64,000 bases of DNA from a phage, in the sequence record PV467749.1; one strand, written 5' to 3'. Positions 31,207 to 40,959 of the stretch are shown piece by piece; position 1 is the first letter of the stretch, and the number at the start of each line of letters is the position of its first letter. The notes beneath the pieces were generated by a model, which saw nothing but the letters and a program-made list of their open reading frames with translations, searched no databases and had not been told where the DNA came from. The translations under genes and the position numbers were made by a program.

Positions 31207-32238
31207 TTATAGTGATCTGTAAATTTGGATTAGAAGATTTTTATCGAACATAGGTGAATCAATTTCCATGATTTGTTGTAACACAATCTCATCAACTGAC
31301 TCAGTACTTTCAAAGCTTTCACCATCTTCAATAAGTTCTTTGATACTTTGCTTGCTAGTAACAACGTTAAACTCACGAATGTTATAAAGTTTAGTAAAAG
31401 TATCACGAATAAAACTAATCTCATCAGTAGTGATAGCAATATCAACTTGAACCTTTGAAATAGTATTGTCTTGAAGATAATAACTTGGATCTGTTAATAG
31501 TTCTGAAAGTGTAAATGTTCTATATTTTGGTGCTTCTGACCAAGAATGGAAAGTTGGTTCTTTACCATGTTCTAAAATCATCACACCTCTTGCATCATCC
31601 CATGTATCAGAAAAGTTATGTGGGAAACAGTTACCTGTGTAAATTACACGAGTTCCTTTGGATGTTGTTTTTGCTTGTCTCTTGTGGAAATGCCCACTAA
31701 AAACATACTCACAACCACCAAAAGAACCTTCAGTCTCTTTACCATGATCTGGCATCTCAACCATTTTATTGAGCAAGTAGCCAGGTAACTCTAAGTGACC
31801 AAAAACATACTTACTTTTAAGTTGAGGTAGAACTTTGTATTCATCTTCAATCATAAATGGAATGAAAGTACAATCATCAAATGTTGTGATTTCATTAATG
31901 AACTCGATGTTCTCATAAACTTGTGCCATATTAATACTAGTAATGTCACGTTTATTTTTATGATACATGTCATGGTTCCCAACTAAGAAGTAAACCTTAT
32001 CAAAGTTGTCATTTAGTAATTGTAGAATTTGTAAACCATAGTTTAATGTTTGAATGTTAATATTACTGCGGTTATGGAAGTAATCTCCCATAAACACGCA
32101 TACAGTAATACCATTTTTCTTAGCAAGTTCAATCATAAACTTGATGAAGTTCAAACAATCTTCGTTGTGCTGCTTGCTGTTATTCTTTAATCCTAAATGA
32201 ATATCAGTAAATGTAATTGCTTTATCAAATAGAGCCAT
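31207..32238 (-). CDS. gp47: recombination nuclease, SbcD/Mre11-like (T4 gp47-like)
   Basis: Metallophosphatase motifs DIHLG, GDYFH, GNHD; ATG 32238 with AAAGGAAAAA RBS; overlaps stop of gp55-like gene; track ORF uses an upstream TTG. Confidence 0.85.
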   Translation of the reverse strand: MALFDKAITFTDIHLGLKNNSKQHNEDCLNFIKFMIELAKKNGITVCVFMGDYFHNRSNINIQTLNYGLQILQLLNDNFDKVYFLVGNHDMYHKNKRDITSINMAQVYENIEFINEITTFDDCTFIPFMIEDEYKVLPQLKSKYVFGHLELPGYLLNKMVEMPDHGKETEGSFGGCEYVFSGHFHKRQAKTTSKGTRVIYTGNCFPHNFSDTWDDARGVMILEHGKEPTFHSWSEAPKYRTFTLSELLTDPSYYLQDNTISKVQVDIAITTDEISFIRDTFTKLYNIREFNVVTSKQSIKELIEDGESFESTESVDEIVLQQIMEIDSPMFDKNLLIQIYRSL

Positions 32239-33064
32239 CTTCGTTTTTCCTTTCAATCATGTTCATTTCAATTTCGATTTGACGAGTGTGTGATGGTGTA
32301 AAACCATGCATCTCAAGTAAATCGTCTCGGATGTTACGAACATTTTTCTCACTATTAAGAATCGAACGGAAACTATTGTTAACGAACGAAGTATAGTAAG
32401 AGAAAGGATTCAACTGTACTGCTGGTTTATCTTTTTTGTAAAGAATACTCTCTTTAAAGAGAAGTGCGTTTTTAACTAATTGTATTCTGGCATCACCCAT
32501 CATTTCATCCAAATATGTATAGTTTCTATAGTTGGATTTGTGTGAGATTTCCTCTGCCAGTTTAATGAACATTTTACCTAGTTCATTAGTGATTTTACCA
32601 TGAACAGTGCTGAATTCTCCGTCTTCAAGATCACCTTTCCAGTGAGAACGAACGACTTCGTACAGAATACCTTCTTCATCTACAATGTAATGTTTGAATG
32701 GTTCAAAATTAACTCTTGTATCTGCTGGGATATGTTCATCGGTAATTACACGAATAACCACCTCATCGATAGGTACATCAGTCAGTACTAAATTGTGCTC
32801 ATCTGCGTATTCCTTCGCTTTCTTCGCACTCATACCTTCTTTTTCACGAATTGCATCAAGCATTTCATTGTTGAGACGTTTAATACGTGCTGCTTTAGCT
32901 TTATCTAAAAGTTCTGCTGTGATTTCGGATTCATCAAAAACGATATAATCGTACATACTGTAGCACTTATCAAGTAACCAGCAATATGAGATTTTACTTT
33001 TTTGTATCTCACGAAGTAAATCAGCATTGTTAAGATACTTTTTACGCTTCGGCCTATTTGTCAT
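32225..33064 (-). CDS. gp55: late-transcription sigma factor, gp55-like, with large internal insertion
   Basis: N-terminus MTNRPKRKKYLNNADLLREI and C-terminal NPFSYYTSFVNNSFRSILNSEKNVRN parallel T4 gp55 ([38 protein letters not shown]); about 110 extra residues between; ATG at 33064. Confidence 0.6.
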   Translation of the reverse strand: MTNRPKRKKYLNNADLLREIQKSKISYCWLLDKCYSMYDYIVFDESEITAELLDKAKAARIKRLNNEMLDAIREKEGMSAKKAKEYADEHNLVLTDVPIDEVVIRVITDEHIPADTRVNFEPFKHYIVDEEGILYEVVRSHWKGDLEDGEFSTVHGKITNELGKMFIKLAEEISHKSNYRNYTYLDEMMGDARIQLVKNALLFKESILYKKDKPAVQLNPFSYYTSFVNNSFRSILNSEKNVRNIRDDLLEMHGFTPSHTRQIEIEMNMIERKNEDGSI

Positions 33065-33152
33065 TATTTCAACTCTCCATGTTTTAAATCCAATAGGTAC
33101 ATTCCTTGTACCATCAATGTTATTATAGCACCAAAAACGTCTTTGTCCCACG

Positions 33153-33160
33153 TATAAATA
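33153..33160 (+). promoter_or_regulatory. T4-type late promoter TATAAATA for baseplate gene cluster
   Basis: Exact TATAAATA 36 nt upstream of ATG 33196 in the divergent region between gp55-like and baseplate genes. Confidence 0.55.
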
Positions 33161-33195
33161 CATCAAATGTTCCCTTCTTATGGAGAATCAAAAAG

Positions 33196-33927
33196 ATGAT
33201 TGATCGTAGAATCCGATTAAGACCTAAAACCGCAGGTGCTAACTATGTGTATGGTGATTTTGGCAACAGTTCAGAGCCAACATTGCTGTCGTTTCTGCGT
33301 CCAACAAATGGTTTGGTTTGGACTGTAACCCCAACTGTAACTGAACAAAGGTCGGTTCAATATGAAACACAGTCCCCTATACATACTAACAGTAACTACA
33401 ACAACTACAAGAATACAACAAACACAATTTTCACTATCCAAGGTGAGTTTTATGCAAACACTGCTGCTGAAGCAATGTATGCATTGGCTTGTGTTCATTT
33501 TATTCGTTCCGTGTCCTTAATGGACTTTGGTCGTCAAGCAGCATCTGCTAATAATCCCGAACTAGCAATTGCAGGTGCACCACCGCCAATTTTACTATTA
33601 AGTGGGTATGGTCGTTATACATATAATGATATTCCTGTTATTTTGAAAGCATATAATTTTACATATCCAAATGATGTTTCTTACATTCAGGTTCCATTGA
33701 ATAGTAGTGATAGTACTTTTAATTTATCTGATATGGATAGTCGTCAATTCTTCGAACAGCTTAGAAGTACTGGATATATGAATCCACAAGATGAGGTATG
33801 GGTTCCACAGAAAATATCTGTAATGCTTCAACTTGAAGAACAACCAACATCTGATTACATGACTAAAAAGTTCAACCTAAATGCATTTAAGCGTGGTGAA
33901 CTATTACGTAATGGAGGATTTATCTAA
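33196..33927 (+). CDS. putative baseplate / tail-tube-family structural protein (243 aa)
   Basis: ATG 33196 with GGAGAA RBS; first gene of a + strand array ending in gp5-, gp25- and gp6-like genes; family assignment tentative. Confidence 0.45.
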   Translation: MIDRRIRLRPKTAGANYVYGDFGNSSEPTLLSFLRPTNGLVWTVTPTVTEQRSVQYETQSPIHTNSNYNNYKNTTNTIFTIQGEFYANTAAEAMYALACVHFIRSVSLMDFGRQAASANNPELAIAGAPPPILLLSGYGRYTYNDIPVILKAYNFTYPNDVSYIQVPLNSSDSTFNLSDMDSRQFFEQLRSTGYMNPQDEVWVPQKISVMLQLEEQPTSDYMTKKFNLNAFKRGELLRNGGFI

Positions 33928-34241
33928 TGTCCAATTATAGTCAATACTCTCCTTATGCAAAGGTTAAACAAACGTGGTATCTTGGTTACAATTTACCACG
34001 TGATATGGTTCCTGCTGATACTGACGACTTCTATGTAATTCCATTGAAGTATGAGCATCAACCTTGGCGTTTAGCATACGAAATGTATGGTAATGAACGT
34101 CTGTATTATGTATTTGCCCTATTGAATCCTGATATATTAGGAGAAGACCCAATATACAATTTTAATAGTGGTATCACAATTCGTGTTCCCTCAAATCAAC
34201 GAGTGCAAAACTATTTGAACGGTACTCGTAACATAGGTTAA
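33927..34241 (+). CDS. putative small baseplate protein, possibly LysM-like (104 aa)
   Basis: Start overlaps upstream stop; DDFYVIPLKYEHQPWRLAYEMYG...ITIRVP loosely resembles LysM-like tail protein X / gp53-type proteins. Confidence 0.35.
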   Translation: MSNYSQYSPYAKVKQTWYLGYNLPRDMVPADTDDFYVIPLKYEHQPWRLAYEMYGNERLYYVFALLNPDILGEDPIYNFNSGITIRVPSNQRVQNYLNGTRNIG

Positions 34242-34252
34242 TGGAGTAAAGT

Positions 34253-36508
34253 ATGGCAGATTTACAAAGTTCTGTTGATAATTTTAAAAATGATATTTCA
34301 AACATCACAAGTTCTGCAAAGGCAGCAAAAGAAACTGCAACAAGTACTATTGAAAGCTTAAAAGCCACTGCTAATACTTTGCAAAATGATCTTGAAAAAG
34401 TAAAAAACAATTTTAAAGCTAAGGTTAGTAACGTACAGTCTTTACCAAAGCAAAGTGCAAGCGTTGACCAAGTGTATGAAGACTTGGATCTAAGTGAGTT
34501 TGTTATTCCTTATGACAATAAATTGTTAAAGTATGACAATCCAACTTGGCACTTTTCCCTTTTCGCATTAGACAAGGATGATTTCAAAAACTTCTGGCTT
34601 TACCCAGATGCTGAAGTTCAACGTCATGTCATCTCTGAAAGTGGTGTAACTGGAAAGTATAATATCACAAGTGTTCAGATGACACAAGCTGGTCCTTCAA
34701 CTCCAGGGATGACAACCAACTATTGCTTCAACACAGCAGTACTGAACCTTTCAGAAAACAATAGTATGAGTTTATATGATGAACTAATTTCTTTAAGTAA
34801 TAAACTAAGGTATCATAAGTTCATGGACTTACCTTTGATATTAGAATTGAAATTTATTGGATTCAATACTAATGGTGTACCTGAAACTATACCAGAAACA
34901 ACTCGTAGATGGTCCGTGAAGATTAACAGTGTTACCGCTAGTGCATCACAAAGTGGTAGTACTATGCTGTATTCTATGAGTCTTGTTCATAACCGTGCGG
35001 CTCTAGTGGATAATGTGGAATGGACTCTTAAAGAACCATTTACCTGCACAGCAGAAAACTTTGGTGATTTTTGTTTTGATTTGGAAGATAAATTGAATCA
35101 AATGGCAGACCAGCAATATGGTTATTTGCGTTATAAATTTGGTGAGTTAGCAGAAGGGAAGTTCTTTGAATTCAAAGTTGCACCAGATTTACAGGATTTG
35201 TTTATAAACTATGATTCTAAACAGATGGCAGAAGCTGGAGCTACAAAAAGTGGTGCACAGGGTTCTAAAAACTTTTCATGGAATCCAAGTACTCCAATTT
35301 CTCGAATTATCGATGACGTAATAGATACCTGTACTGTACAGGCTGATGATAGTACTAGTGTTCGTCAATTTGTTAATATAATCCCACTTAAACAGTATGT
35401 TGGATTTGATAATTACCGAAACACGTCAGTTTATAAAGTTGTTTTCTATATAGTTCGTTTTAAAATTGGTGATATTGTTCATGAATCCGATTTACAGCCA
35501 GAAAACTTTACATTTGAGTATTTCTTTGAAAATGCCGAGAAATATGTAGACCCAAATGACCAAAAACCAAAGATTAACATGAAAACTTACAATTATCAGT
35601 TTAGTGGACTCAATAGTGAGATTCTAGACCTTGATTTGAAGTTTGATCAGCAATTCTTTGTAGCTACAACTCGTAACCCTGGTCCAATACAGGACGTTGC
35701 GAACCATGCTGGTACACACACATCACAAGAATTGAATATCCAAGGTGTTCAGTACAACAGTATACCAGATGCGTGGGCAAAAACAAGTGATTTACGCGTC
35801 ACACGTGATCTTGGTGGTATATTAACACAGGCACAAGAGCAACTTTTAAATCGAGTAGAAACTTTAGCAAGAGAACAAATGCAGGTTGGTAATGCTGAAG
35901 AACAGGATCGTTATAATAACTATCAAGTAAACGTTCTACCACAGTATATTGAAGATTATGTAACCACATATGAAGAAAATGACGGTGGAACCGATGGAAT
36001 TGGTCATCGATATGGTGAAGTATTCACAATGCCAACTGAAGCAACCAATAATGAAACAACATTATCTGCATCATTGAACGATAACAGTAGTACATATGAA
36101 ATGGACCGCCGTAAAATTCGTGACAACTATTACAATCGTCCATTCTTGTGTAAATTGGATATGCGTGTAGTTGGTGACCCATATTGGTTAGGTTGGAGTG
36201 ATTATTCATATATCCAATATCTTGAACAGGTAATTAATGGAGAAGATATGGAAATTAATCCAGAAGATTACCATGTAGCAAACTACATTACATCTGAAGC
36301 ATATCTTTTATTGAAATTACAACCTGTAGTTTCTATAAATGATAACACTGGTGTTCTTGATATTAATACCCCAACTACATTTAACCAAACTGTTTATCGT
36401 GTAAACAAAATTGTTCATGATTTTGGTGCAGGTGGTTCATTTACACAACAAATTCAGGCTGCAATTGTAATTCGTGCACTCAAACGTCACGATAGTATAA
36501 TTGAATAA
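34253..36508 (+). CDS. putative baseplate hub / structural protein (751 aa)
   Basis: Large ORF immediately upstream of gp5-like spike gene; N-terminal coiled-coil-like region; function inferred from position only. Confidence 0.35.
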   Translation: MADLQSSVDNFKNDISNITSSAKAAKETATSTIESLKATANTLQNDLEKVKNNFKAKVSNVQSLPKQSASVDQVYEDLDLSEFVIPYDNKLLKYDNPTWHFSLFALDKDDFKNFWLYPDAEVQRHVISESGVTGKYNITSVQMTQAGPSTPGMTTNYCFNTAVLNLSENNSMSLYDELISLSNKLRYHKFMDLPLILELKFIGFNTNGVPETIPETTRRWSVKINSVTASASQSGSTMLYSMSLVHNRAALVDNVEWTLKEPFTCTAENFGDFCFDLEDKLNQMADQQYGYLRYKFGELAEGKFFEFKVAPDLQDLFINYDSKQMAEAGATKSGAQGSKNFSWNPSTPISRIIDDVIDTCTVQADDSTSVRQFVNIIPLKQYVGFDNYRNTSVYKVVFYIVRFKIGDIVHESDLQPENFTFEYFFENAEKYVDPNDQKPKINMKTYNYQFSGLNSEILDLDLKFDQQFFVATTRNPGPIQDVANHAGTHTSQELNIQGVQYNSIPDAWAKTSDLRVTRDLGGILTQAQEQLLNRVETLAREQMQVGNAEEQDRYNNYQVNVLPQYIEDYVTTYEENDGGTDGIGHRYGEVFTMPTEATNNETTLSASLNDNSSTYEMDRRKIRDNYYNRPFLCKLDMRVVGDPYWLGWSDYSYIQYLEQVINGEDMEINPEDYHVANYITSEAYLLLKLQPVVSINDNTGVLDINTPTTFNQTVYRVNKIVHDFGAGGSFTQQIQAAIVIRALKRHDSIIE

Positions 36509-36521
36509 GGAATAATTTAAG

Positions 36522-39185
36522 ATGGCAGATACAAGTAAGAAATATGCCCAACAACAGTTGGGTCGTTTTGACCCTTCGTATCCACAACTAGCAACCGTGA
36601 TGGATAACCGTGACCCAACTAAATCCGGTAAGCTAAAAGTGTGGATTCAAGGTTCACAAAGTGATAAAAATTCAAAAGAGTCATGGATTGAAGCATCATA
36701 CATGTCTCCATTCGCTGGTAAAACTCCAGGGATACCAAGTGCTGATGCTTATGGTCAATATCCAAAGGGATATGGTTTTTGGGCGGTTCCACCTGATGTC
36801 GGATGTACTGTTGTTGTTATATTTGCACAAGCAAGAACATTCCAAGCGTATTGGATTGGTTGTGTTTATGACCAACGTATGAATACGATGGTTCCTGGGA
36901 TGGCTACTGAAATAAGCAATTATGCAGGTACTGATATGCCATTACCCGTAACTGATTATGACCGTAATACAATTTCTACCAGTACTCAAGACAAATATGC
37001 AAACGTTCCAATTATTGCAGGTCTGAAAAAACAAAACTTACTTTATGATGAGGAAGCGGGTGTTGCTAACCGTAGTAGTACTCGCCAGACCACCAGTACT
37101 GTTTATGGTCTTTCCTCACCTCGTGGTAACAGTTTTATTATTGATGATGGTTACACAGAAGAAGAATTAACAGCACCTACATGGGATCAAGATCCAGATG
37201 GTTATCAGGATACCCAATTCAATAACCCAGTGAACGATACTCGTGTTGGTTCTCGTAAAAATGAAGGCGTTGTAATTAAAACACGTAGTGGTGCACAGTT
37301 GTTGTTATCTGAAGCCTCTGGTGATGTTCTTTTAATTAACCGTGATGGTACTGCACGTATTAAATTCACTGGTGAAGGTGATATTGAAATGCACTGTGAT
37401 AAGAATATTAACATTCGTGCAGGTCAAGATATTAACATGGTTGCTGGACGCTCATATAATATTGAAAGTGGAGCAGACTTCAATGCTCGTGTTGGTGCAA
37501 ACACTAAACTAGATTTGGTTGGTGCATTGGATGCTAAAGTTGGTGGTCAGGTTGTTATTAACGCTGGAGCAGATTTACGTTTAGTAACAGCAGCTTCATT
37601 ACGTATGCAAAGTGGTAGCAGTACTGATATAACTGCTGGTTCTAATGCGTCAATCTCTGCTGCTACCAGTGCTAATCTTATTGGTTCTTCATCAGCTATT
37701 ATTAGTGGTGGTGGTCAAACCCTTACTGTTAACAGTGGTGGTAATAGTGGTACTGCTGAATTTAATGCACCAAACTTCCGCACCCCATCTGCTGGCTTGA
37801 ATGATCATATACATGATATATCGGCTTGGGTTGATGCAGAGAATCACGGCAGTACTGTTGAACCTCCACGTCAAGGTGGTGGTAGTGGGAATAGTGAATC
37901 CCCAGTTCAACCTGAACCTGCTAATGATGTAGCTCCAACTTTAGCTCCAGTACAGGACACTGAAGCAATTCAATATGTAAATTATACAACAGAAACAGAA
38001 CAAGTTCAAACACAAGATTTAATGACTTCTGATCCTAGTATGACTGGTTATAGCATTACTTATGAAGGTCTTCATATGTTCATGCCGTGTAGTGGAACCA
38101 TTCGCCAATACGGTTATTGGGGGAAAGGTGTCCCGACTAGTGGTGGTGGTAAAGCTGATAGAAGTGGCTGGGAAATACAGTGCAAGGGTGATGTTGTAGC
38201 TCCAGATGGCGGTGTAGTTGTTATCACTAATGGTGCTTTATTGGTTCAACATAAGTCTGGATATAAATCTGTATTTTATAATATTCAATCAGATTTGCTC
38301 AATAAAGACGTTGTTCAAAAAGGTCAAGTTATCGGTAAAGCTAATGGTGTTATTCAATTTGAAATAAGAGTCACCTCTGCCAACGTACTAGGATTTAGTG
38401 GTTCTGTTGACCCTGGATTATTCTATGCATCCCAGACTGGTACAGGTTCTGAAGCGGGAAATAAAACATTAATTGCAGGACAAGCAACGAACCAAGCAGC
38501 ACCGAAAGCTGTTGTTCAACCTTCTGTTGATAGTGATGAATTAGTTGTAACAACTAAAATTAAAACTATCGGTACTGGGTATTCTCAACGTGGTTCTCGT
38601 CATGTCCCTCGTCGTAGAAGAACACAACGTTCAGGTGGTACTCCAGCACCTACTGCACAAGAATCATACAATGTGGGTAATGTTGATAAGACTGCAATTG
38701 ATTGGAAAGTTGTTCCGGGTGATTCACAATTTATTTCTGAATTGAAAGAATATGAAGGAACAATGGCGTATCAACAAGCTAAAGGATATTACCGCAATGG
38801 TAAATTTTGGAGATATTTGGATAGTCGTGGATTCCCAACTATTGGTTACGGTCACTTGATTGTTGGTGGTGAAAACTTCTCTGGTGGGATTACCGAACAG
38901 GAAGCCAATGATATGTTGGTGCGTGATAGTAGTAAGGCTATATATGACGCAAAATCCATTTACGCTTCTTATAAGATGAAAACACCTTACATGGCACAAC
39001 AAGTTCTATGTCAAATGGTATTCCAGATGGGTAAAGGTGGTGTAATGAAATTTAAGTCAATGCTATCTGAAATGGCTAAAGGTAACTACAAGCAAGCTGC
39101 TGCTCAAATTCGAAATTCAGCTTGGTATCGTCAAACTACACGCCGTGCTGAATTAATGGCACGTAGATTAGAGGCATGTCAATAA
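36522..39185 (+). CDS. gp5: baseplate central spike, gp5-like, with C-terminal T4-lysozyme (GH24) domain
   Basis: N-terminal gp5/VgrG OB-fold pattern (GKLKVWIQG...GYGFWAVPPDVGCTVVVIF...YWIG); central Gly/Ser/Ala-rich repeats; block GQVIGKANGVIQFEIRV resembling a LytM/M23 fold without His ligands; C-terminal EYEGTMAYQ...PTIGYGH...VFQMGKGG...SAWYRQTTRRAE matching T4 lysozyme. Confidence 0.75.
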   Translation: MADTSKKYAQQQLGRFDPSYPQLATVMDNRDPTKSGKLKVWIQGSQSDKNSKESWIEASYMSPFAGKTPGIPSADAYGQYPKGYGFWAVPPDVGCTVVVIFAQARTFQAYWIGCVYDQRMNTMVPGMATEISNYAGTDMPLPVTDYDRNTISTSTQDKYANVPIIAGLKKQNLLYDEEAGVANRSSTRQTTSTVYGLSSPRGNSFIIDDGYTEEELTAPTWDQDPDGYQDTQFNNPVNDTRVGSRKNEGVVIKTRSGAQLLLSEASGDVLLINRDGTARIKFTGEGDIEMHCDKNINIRAGQDINMVAGRSYNIESGADFNARVGANTKLDLVGALDAKVGGQVVINAGADLRLVTAASLRMQSGSSTDITAGSNASISAATSANLIGSSSAIISGGGQTLTVNSGGNSGTAEFNAPNFRTPSAGLNDHIHDISAWVDAENHGSTVEPPRQGGGSGNSESPVQPEPANDVAPTLAPVQDTEAIQYVNYTTETEQVQTQDLMTSDPSMTGYSITYEGLHMFMPCSGTIRQYGYWGKGVPTSGGGKADRSGWEIQCKGDVVAPDGGVVVITNGALLVQHKSGYKSVFYNIQSDLLNKDVVQKGQVIGKANGVIQFEIRVTSANVLGFSGSVDPGLFYASQTGTGSEAGNKTLIAGQATNQAAPKAVVQPSVDSDELVVTTKIKTIGTGYSQRGSRHVPRRRRTQRSGGTPAPTAQESYNVGNVDKTAIDWKVVPGDSQFISELKEYEGTMAYQQAKGYYRNGKFWRYLDSRGFPTIGYGHLIVGGENFSGGITEQEANDMLVRDSSKAIYDAKSIYASYKMKTPYMAQQVLCQMVFQMGKGGVMKFKSMLSEMAKGNYKQAAAQIRNSAWYRQTTRRAELMARRLEACQ

Positions 39186-39197
39186 ATATTTCAGTAC

Positions 39198-39205
39198 TAT
39201 AAATA
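39198..39205 (+). promoter_or_regulatory. T4-type late promoter TATAAATA for endolysin gene
   Basis: TTTCAGTACTATAAATAATAAT about 18 nt upstream of ATG 39223; same extended motif as upstream of the capsid gene. Confidence 0.6.
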
Positions 39206-39222
39206 ATAATGAGGAAATCTTT

Positions 39223-39711
39223 ATGAGTAAATGGGAAATCAAAAATACCGACGAACAATTTTTTAAAGAAATTAAAGAATTTGAAGGTACTATTGCGTAT
39301 CAGAAAAAACTTGGTTATTTTAAAAATGATAAGTTTTGGGTATATAAAGACAGTCTAGGTCTTGATACCATTGGTTACGGTCACCTTGTACTTAAGGGTG
39401 AAAGTTTCAAAAATGGACTCACTGAAGCAGAAGCTGATGCTCTCCTTATAAAAGATGCTCAGACCGCTTACAATGACGCAAAATCAATCTATGATCAATT
39501 TGGAATGACTGCTCCAGTACAGGTTCAGCGTGTATTGTGGTTTATGGTGTTCCAAATGGGTAAATCAAAAGTTTTAAATTTCAAAAAAGCGATGGCTGCT
39601 CTCGGTCGTGGTGATTATAAAACTGCTGGTAAAGAAATGCGTGATAGTTCGTGGTACAAACAAACCACATCCAGAGCGGAGAAGATGGCTCGCATCGTCG
39701 AATCCGTATAA
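39223..39711 (+). CDS. e: endolysin, T4 lysozyme-like (GH24)
   Basis: EFEGTIAYQ...YKDSLGLDTIGYGH (catalytic Glu/Asp/Thr equivalents), FMVFQMGKS, SSWYKQTTSRAEK; GAGGAAA RBS; close paralog of the C-terminal domain of the adjacent spike protein. Confidence 0.9.
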   Translation: MSKWEIKNTDEQFFKEIKEFEGTIAYQKKLGYFKNDKFWVYKDSLGLDTIGYGHLVLKGESFKNGLTEAEADALLIKDAQTAYNDAKSIYDQFGMTAPVQVQRVLWFMVFQMGKSKVLNFKKAMAALGRGDYKTAGKEMRDSSWYKQTTSRAEKMARIVESV

Positions 39712-39726
39712 TAAAGGAAACACATA

Positions 39727-40122
39727 ATGGCAATTGTTTTTAAAGGTTTTTCAACTCCAGTAGTTGGAAGAACTGAAACATTGTATGACAGTGAATTGGT
39801 TCGTCAGGATTTAATGAATCATTTCAATACAAAAAAAGGTGAACGTGCATTTGATGCTGATTATGGGTTCATTGCGTGGGATTTGCTATTTGAATTGGAT
39901 GGTTATAATACAATCAACCTTTTGGAAGCAGATGCCCGTAGAATTATTAGCTTGGACCCACGTTTAAGCTTAAAGAAACTTCAAATATCAAGAATTGAGT
40001 ACGGTTATCAGATGGATATAGTACTTGAATATGTTGTTCTCAATACTCTTGAAGAATTAACTATAGTTTTTGATGCAAGAAGTAACAACAGAATGGCTAC
40101 CTATTCTGTATCATCTTTGTAA
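39727..40122 (+). CDS. gp25: baseplate wedge protein, gp25-like
   Basis: 131 aa; block RIISLDPRLSLKKLQISRIEYGYQMDIVLEY typical of the gp25/GPW family; AAAGGAAA RBS; upstream of gp6-like gene. Confidence 0.7.
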   Translation: MAIVFKGFSTPVVGRTETLYDSELVRQDLMNHFNTKKGERAFDADYGFIAWDLLFELDGYNTINLLEADARRIISLDPRLSLKKLQISRIEYGYQMDIVLEYVVLNTLEELTIVFDARSNNRMATYSVSSL

Positions 40123-40127
40123 ATTAT

Positions 40128-40157
40128 AAAAGCACTCTTCGGGGTGCTTTTCTTTTT
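40128..40157 (+). terminator. rho-independent terminator with UUCG tetraloop (AGCACTC-TTCG-GGGTGCT, T-run)
   Basis: 7-bp stem (one G-U), UUCG loop, followed by TTTTCTTTTT after the gp25-like gene. Confidence 0.75.
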
Positions 40158-40194
40158 GGATAAATATTTCTATATATAATTTATAGGATGATGT

Positions 40195-40959
40195 ATGAAA
40201 TATGCAACAACCAGATCAACAAAATACAAATTTGTAACCAACGCCATTAGAGTGCATGGTATGCGTTATGATTATAGTATGGTTAAATATCATAATGCTA
40301 AAACAAAGGTGTGGATCGGATGTGAGAAGCATGGGTTTTTCCTACAAACACCAAATGACCATACATGTGGCAAAGGATGCATGGAATGCTCGGTTGAGTA
40401 TAATGCGAATCGTCAGAAAAGTCCACAGAACTTTATAAATTTTCTTAATAAGGCTAATTTAAAGTTTAGAAATAAATTTGATTATAGCACAGTAGAATAT
40501 GTTAATAATAAAACTCACATATCCATAATATGCCCAACACATGGGTCTTTTTTACAAAGACCTGATAATCATTTGTCAAGTAAGTATGGTTGTGAGAAAT
40601 GTATGATTGAATCAACGCAATCAAAAGCAGTAACTGATATTGAAAAAATGATATCTTTCACTAATTATGTTAAAGAAAAGCGTTTTGATGATTGTAGAAA
40701 CATATTAACTTTGCCATTTGATTTTTATATTGAAGATTTAAACTTGTGTATTGAATATGATGGTGAACAACACTTTCGATGTTCTGAACATTGGGGTGGT
40801 GACAAATCGCTAAAACAAACTCAACACAATGATAAAATTAAAAACACGTACTGTGCTGACCATGATATTAACTTACTTCGTATCAAATACGATGAAGATC
40901 ATATCATCGTACTAAAAAAGTACTTTTATGATAATTTTAACATAATATTAAAGGATTAA
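40195..40959 (+). CDS. homing-endonuclease-like protein: two Cys/His zinc-ribbon modules + C-terminal PD-(D/E)XK-like domain
   Basis: Modules RYDYSMVKY...IGCEKHGFFLQTPNDHTCGKGCMEC and KFDYSTVEY...IICPTHGSFLQRPDNHLSSKYGCEKC; C-terminus LPFDFYIEDLNLCIEYDGEQH...KIKNTY resembles DUF559/Vsr-like PD-(D/E)XK nucleases; inserted between gp25- and gp6-like genes. Confidence 0.6.
   Translation: MKYATTRSTKYKFVTNAIRVHGMRYDYSMVKYHNAKTKVWIGCEKHGFFLQTPNDHTCGKGCMECSVEYNANRQKSPQNFINFLNKANLKFRNKFDYSTVEYVNNKTHISIICPTHGSFLQRPDNHLSSKYGCEKCMIESTQSKAVTDIEKMISFTNYVKEKRFDDCRNILTLPFDFYIEDLNLCIEYDGEQHFRCSEHWGGDKSLKQTQHNDKIKNTYCADHDINLLRIKYDEDHIIVLKKYFYDNFNIILKD

Noticed and set aside
36522-39185. Catalytically active M23 peptidase within the spike protein
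   Set aside because: The M23-like block lacks the HxxxD and HxH zinc-ligand motifs (reads IQFEI where HLHFE is expected), so it is reported only as a possible degenerate fold, not an active peptidase.
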